Under the pieces are notes generated by a model. That model searched no databases. It was not told the origin of the DNA and was given only the letters and a program-made list of their open reading frames with translations. A stretch of 38,071 nt of DNA, from the NCBI GenBank assembly GCA_001662655.1, contig KV460240.1; one strand, given 5' to 3'. This document shows positions 32,071 through 38,071 of this stretch, one piece after another. The stretch comes from Pseudogymnoascus verrucosus. Taxonomy: Eukaryota. How positions within the stretch are numbered: the first letter of the stretch is position 1; every line of letters starts with the position of its first letter. Both the position numbers and the translations under genes were made by a program.

Positions 32071-35000
32071 ATGAAGATCTCAACGCTAGTTACAGCTGCC
32101 TGTGTCGCTTTTCAGGGCACAGCAGCAGCCGTCGTTTCGGGCAAGCCGTCTACTTTCATTAGAGACTATGATAAGCGCGACTTGCTTCAGGATGTCGTTA
32201 GTCTGCCCTTCAAACCAGTATGTGATTATGTTTGTGATCTAAATGATTCTTAGGTCACCTGGGACGAGCATTCCTTATTCATCCATGGGAAACGTGCTAT
32301 GATTTTCTCGGGAGAAGTTCATCCTTGGAGGTATGTAATTGACTGAATTAATTGCCTTTCAGCTTTTATCCTGGGTCTATTTTTTATTGTGAGAATTGTT
32401 CAATTGAAGGCATTTCGATTATGTCCACACCACCCATTGGAATATATCACCTTGCTACCCAAGATTGAAATGAAAAACATAGCACGACCCTGACATAATG
32501 CTAGACTTCCCGTGCCTTCGTTGTGGCTTGACCTTTTCGAAAAGATCAAGGCACTTGGATACAACACTGTGTCGTTCTACGTCGACTGGAACCTTCTTGA
32601 GGGGAAGCAAGGAGAGTTCAGAGCAGATGGCGTATTTGCTTACGAGCCCTTCTTCGAAGCCGCTACTAAGGCCGGAATTTGGTTGATTGCAGTGAGTTAA
32701 CTCCAGTTGTTTAAATGACACCAACTGAGACCATGGCCACAGCGTCCGGGTCCATATATCAATGCAGAAGTAGCAGCAGGCGGACTTCCAGGCTGGCTGC
32801 AGCGTATCAAAGGCATGATCCGCACAAATGCGGATGACTACATGGAGGCAACAGAATTGTGAGCCCCCCTGTCAATATATCCAAGACCTTGTACTCAACT
32901 TCAATAGATATGTTGCTTCGATCGGAGCCATAATTGCAAAGGCTCAAATCACGAACGGCGGCCCAGGTAGGCTCAACAAGCCATTCCTCGAGGAAGATAC
33001 TAACACGATCTAGTCATTCTATATCAACCCGAAAACGAGTATTCGGGAGGCATACCGCCCGCTGTATTTCCTGATGCGCCTTACTTCCAACGTGTCATTG
33101 ACCAGGTGCGCAAAGCCGGGATTGTCGTTCCACTCATTAACAACGATGCTTGGTCTGGTGGCCATAATGCTCCAGGGACTGGGCTCGGAGAGGTGGACAT
33201 ATATGCTCACGACAACTACCCGTAAGTATCACAAGATCCCTCTATGTTAAAATACTAACCCTTGGGAAGAATTGGATTTGATTGCTCCGATCCCACAGTG
33301 TGGCCAGCAAATGGGCTGAGGACTGATCAATACTCGACCCGCGTTGAAATTAGCCCCAACACCCCCTATACGATCCCCGAGGTATGCCCATAGCTTTAAA
33401 CCACTACCGTAAAACAAAAACTAACATATATTGACGTAGTTCCAAGGTGGTGCATTCTCACCTTGGGGAGGATGGCCCATTGACAAATGTGCCGAGCTTG
33501 TGAACCAAGAGGCCGAGCGTGTGCTCTACAAGAATAACTACGCTGCTGGTATCTCCATCATGAACCTCTACATGGTATTGTTCTCTCGTCTCCTCTAATA
33601 ATGACTTAGTGCTAACCCCATTGATAGACCTATGGTGGATTGAACTGGGGAAACCTCGGTCACTATGGTGGTTTCTCGACTTACGACTACGGCGCTGTAT
33701 GATTACTTCCTAACCCATACATATCGTATTGAGCTGACATTTAAAACAGGCGATTAAAGCTGACCGAACCATAACGAGAGAAAAGTACAGCGAGGCCAAG
33801 CTACAAGCCCAATTCCTCAAGGCTTCGCCAGACTATTTAACTGCAGTTCCAACGAACCTTTCAACTACGCTCTATACGGACAATGTCAATCTTGCTGTGA
33901 CTCCAGTTATTGGCAGCGAGGCGCCATCATCGTTCTACATTGTGAGGCACAATATTTATAACAGCACAGAGACAACGACCTACAGATTAAATATTGCAAC
34001 AAGTGCAGGAAAGCTGACCGTTCCTCGACTAGGAGGAAAGTTGACTCTCAATGGCAGAGATTCCAAGGTTCATGTCACTGATTACAATGTGGGAGGGACA
34101 ACCCTTCTATATTCCACCGCGGAAGTATTCACATGGAAGAAGTTTGATAGCGGCAAAGTCCTGATTCTGTACGGAGGTCCAGAGGAGCTACACGAGGCAT
34201 CTATCGTGTCAACTGCCAAGCCAACAATAATTGAAGGCAAAGGAGTCACCACGAAGTCGATCGACGGAAATGTCGTGCTACAGTGGAAGACATCGGCTTC
34301 GCGCAGCATTGTAAAGATCGGTGACCTGTCTGTGTATATCCTTGGTAAGAATTCTGTCTTGCACATGGATTGCGTAAGCTAACAAGCCTATCTAGATCGC
34401 AATTCTGCTTATAACTACTGGGTTCCAGATCTCGCAGACGGATCTGCTGTCATAGTCAAGGCTGGATATCTGGTTCGCACAGCCGCAACAAAGGGCAACA
34501 CCCTTCAATTGACCGGTGACTTCAACGCAACGACCCCATTTGAGGTTATTGGCGCTCCAAAGTCAGCAAAGAAATTGACAATCAACGGCCAACCTGTCGC
34601 TATCGAAACAAGCAAATCCACCGGATCATGGCATGGCCTTGTTAAATACCAGCGCCCATTTATCAATATCCCAGACCTGGAGCGTCTTCAATGGAAATCT
34701 ACCGATGCCTTGCCCGAGATTCAAACCAGCTATGCCGATTCAGCATGGCCTTCTGCGGACAAGAAAACCAGCACAAATACTTATCGTAACCTGACTACCC
34801 CAACCAGTCTTTACTCTAGCGACTACGGTTTCCACTACGGGTATCTTATCTATCGCGGACATTTCGTTGCAACTGGACAGGAGACTACCATCACCATTTA
34901 TACTCAGGGAAGGAACGCATACGGTACTTCCGCATGGCTCAATGGAGTGGACCTGGGCTCAAATGCTGGCGATGCAATTGTTGGCGATACCAACACAACA

Positions 35001-35687
35001 TACACCCTTGGCAAGCTCTCCAAAGGAAAGAAATACGTCCTGACAATGTTGATGGACAATATGGGATACGACGGAAACTGGGTTATCGGGTCTGATTCAA
35101 TGAAGAACCCGAACGGGATATTGCACTACGAATTCGCGGGGAGAAAGCAATCGGATATCACTTGGAAACTCACAGGAAACCTTGGCGGCGAAGATTATGT
35201 TGATAAGACTCGTGGTCCACTGAACGAAGGCGGCCTGTTCCCTGAAAGACAAGGCTGGCATCAGCAGAAGCCTCCCACTAACGGCTGGAAAGCTTCAAAG
35301 CCCACAACCGGTATATCCAAAGCAGGAGTCGCCTTCTACACTGCTGAGTTGGATCTCCATATTCCCAAGGGATGGGATGTACCGCTATCTTTCACCTTCA
35401 AGAAGACCAAGTCAAATGAAAAATTCCGTGCTCAGTTGTACGTGAATGGATACCAATTCGGCAAATACATCAACAACATTGGTCCACAAGTGGATTTCTC
35501 AGTTCCTCAGGGAATTTTGAACTATCAGGGTTCAAACACAGTGGCACTAACGCTCTGGGCTCAACAGCCAAGCGGTGCTAAGCTTGAGGGCCTGTCCCTA
35601 ACTGCGGGAACTCCTGTGTTGACTGCCCTCGAAAACGTAGAGCTTGTCCCTATGCCAAAATACGCGAAGAGAGCGGGCGCATATTAG
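32071..35687 (+). CDS. lacA: Secreted GH35 beta-galactosidase (LacA/BgaA type)
   Basis: Eleven exons: 32071-32196, 32254-32330, 32505-32691, 32743-32858, 32908-32966, 33014-33221, 33270-33381, 33440-33574, 33628-33696, 33750-34344, 34396-35687. Has a signal peptide and KR site, [20 protein letters not shown], acid/base QPENEY, nucleophile PEFQGG, YDYGA and [17 protein letters not shown]. Confidence 0.93.
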
Positions 35688-36037
35688 AAAGGATATCGGC
35701 GATCAATACGGAGTCCACGTATTAATTTTAGACTGCCGGGCCAGTTTGCCGCCCTAGTTCAAAATATTTCCAGTCGTCCGTTGGCTTTAGAACGACTGGT
35801 TTGGTGGAGCTTCATACGTCACTGGCCGAACCTTGCCGTTAGCCAATCAGAGTTTGATGATTATTCCCGATGTCGCTTTTGACGCTTATTCTGTCGGTAA
35901 CCAGAATCGTTTAGGTTTAGCGCGGGCCATTTACGTAGTTATCATATATCATGCTTTTCCTCGATTTTGCTTTCCAATATATTTGATGATTGACTGCTTC
36001 GTTGACTACTGTTTAAGTTGAAGATTGGCTGCCAACG

Positions 36038-37828
36038 ATGTCTGCTCCCGCAATAGCTTCAGCGGCCCTGAAGTCCAGAGTGAGAAGGACGAGCTTATAC
36101 AACAAGATTGCCAACCCAGACGACTTGATCAAACTGTTCCCCAATGGATCGTACATTGGCTGGTCCGGTTTCACCGGAGTAGGTAAGTGAACAAGTGAAT
36201 AATGGATCAAAGGGAGATATCTGGTCTAATATCCAACTTAGGTTACCCGAAGATGATCCCAACTATGCTTGCGGACCATGTAGAGAAGAATAACTTGCAG
36301 GGCAAGTTGAAGTATTCACTTTTCGTGGGCGCATCGTCGGGGGCAGAGACGGAAAATCGCTGGGCGGCACTCGATATGATCGAACGGCGTTCACCTCACC
36401 AAGTCGGAAAGTCCATTGCGAAGGGTATCAATGAGGGGCGCATCGAGTTTTTCGACAAGCACCTGAGCATGTTCCCAGCAGACCTGGTATATGTATGTAT
36501 ATCCCCAAAAACGCCAAAGAGGAATGCTCACATGACTGCAGGGATTTTATACGAAAGACAGGCCGAAGCCTAAGCTCGATGTTGTGATCGTTGAGGCTAC
36601 GGCCATCACAGAAACCGGGGGCATTATCCCAGGTGCTTCTGTTGGAGCTACCCCAGAGCTGATCCAAATGGCTGACAAGGTATGTAATGGTATTCCCAAT
36701 TCCCAGGTCACCTGATAGTCTTGTCAGAGGACTTGAATATACATTGCTTGTGAGAGTTCACTGACCATGAGAAAGATTATTGTCGAGGTCAACACATCCA
36801 TGCCCTCGTTCGAGGGTCTCCATGATATTACTATGATGGACCTCCCGCCGAATCGCAAGCCCTATCTCATCATGGCCCCTGAAGATCGTATTGGCACGAA
36901 CTATATCCCAGTTGACTCTGAGAAGATTGTAGCCATTGTCGAGTCGAACTATCAAGACCAGACCCAGCCTAACAACCCCGCCGATGCAGGCTCGAAAGCG
37001 ATTGCTGGTCATCTCATCGAGTTCCTAGAGCACGAAGTTAAGCATGGCCGCCTACCAGAAAACCTCCTACCTATCCAATCTGGCATTGGAAACATTGCCA
37101 ACGCTGTCATCGGTGGCCTTGCTGAATCTAACTTCAAGGACCTGCGCGTCTGGACTGAAGTCCTGCAGGACACCTTCCTCGACCTTTTCGATTCCGGCAA
37201 GCTCGACTTTGCCACTGCGACCTCAATTCGCTTTTCCCCTGACGGTTTCAAGCGATTCTATGATAACTGGGATCACTACTTCGACAAACTCCTCCTCCGC
37301 GCCCAGCAAGTCTCCAACTCACCTGAGATCATTCGCCGCCTAGGTGTCATCGGAATGAACACCCCAGTGGAGGTAGACATCTACGCTCACGCAAACTCGA
37401 CCAACGTCATGGGCTCTCGCATGCTCAACGGAATCGGCGGATCTGCGGATTTCTTGCGAAACAGCAAGTACTCCATCATGCACACTCCATCCACGCGCCC
37501 CTCCAAGATCGACCCCCACGGAGTCTCCTGCATCGTTCCAATGGCCACGCATGTTGACCAGACCGAGCACGATCTAGATGTCGTGGTGACTGAGCAGGGC
37601 CTCGCTGATGTTCGTGGACTGAGCCCCAAGGAGAGATCGAGGGTTATTGTGAACAAGTGCGCGCATCCAGAGTACAGGGCTATCCTGGAGGATTATATTG
37701 CCAAGGCAGAGTTTGAGTGCACGAAGAGAGGCTGGCTGCATGAGCCACACTTGTTGTGGCAGAGCTTTGATATGCATAAGGCTCTTGACCAGGAAGGGTC
37801 TATGAAGAAGCTTAAGGGGTGGAAATAA
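36038..37828 (+). CDS. ACH1: Acetyl-CoA hydrolase / acetate:succinate CoA-transferase
   Basis: Exons 36038-36182, 36242-36492, 36542-36679 and 36776-37828. Contains [53 protein letters not shown] and VTEQGLAD. Confidence 0.96.
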
Positions 37829-38071
37829 ATGATATAATTAGTTGGAGAGATTGAACGGGGATTGACTGTACTTAACAATATAGCGTGATAAATACAGTGT
37901 TGCCCGAGTACTACTCGCAGTGAGTACGACTCGACGAATACCCGAGAAATACCCGACTCGGGGGATATTATAGAGTGATTGGGGACTTGCCCATTACTAC
38001 TCTGTATTCCCGCGTATTGCCAAGCACTTGGCGAGGTGGGGTGAGATAGATGGTAGAATGGCTAATTGTAG

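Noticed and set aside
37903..37964. Short inverted/direct repeats (CGAGTACTACTCG, AATACCCGA x2) after ACH1
   Set aside because: Too short and too near the window edge to support a MITE or terminator call.
1..38071. Functional gene cluster or mobile element
   Set aside because: The genes have unrelated housekeeping functions, and I saw no PKS/NRPS, transposase, RT, LTR/TIR or RIP-like AT-rich relic.

Overview
Eukaryotic DNA from a filamentous ascomycete. This is inferred from short GT-AG introns with CTRAC branch sites and Pezizomycotina-type orthologues; the composition resembles Leotiomycetes such as Pseudogymnoascus, but that is not proven. The window is a housekeeping-gene region with 16 protein-coding genes reconstructed by hand across introns: ERG19/MVD1 (3'-truncated), CYT2-type heme lyase, cytosolic MetRS, LTO1, KGD4/YMR31, MED18, ARG4, PNK1, a conserved fungal Pro/Ser-rich protein, ARD1/NAA10, a classical SDR, NEM1, eIF2B-beta (GCD7), a 736-aa uncharacterised low-complexity protein, a secreted GH35 beta-galactosidase and ACH1. 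I found no transposon, tRNA/rRNA, CRISPR array or biosynthetic cluster. The most unusual part is about 13.1-19.0 kb, a ~5.5-kb gene-free tract upstream of the Pro/Ser-rich gene. It holds a minisatellite with five ACGCGT (MCB) sites, a helically phased AAGGTGTG(G) cluster and an ATF4-like leader. That leader has short uORFs, an out-of-frame uORF overlapping the main AUG, and a candidate intron that would delete the AUG of an 80-codon uORF. Other observations are a GC-AG intron in PNK1, alternating C-rich/G-rich blocks that cut through coding sequence, a shared 14-bp element upstream of MED18 and ARG4, and a candidate CUG-initiated KGD4 isoform. All regulatory interpretations are inferences from sequence alone.
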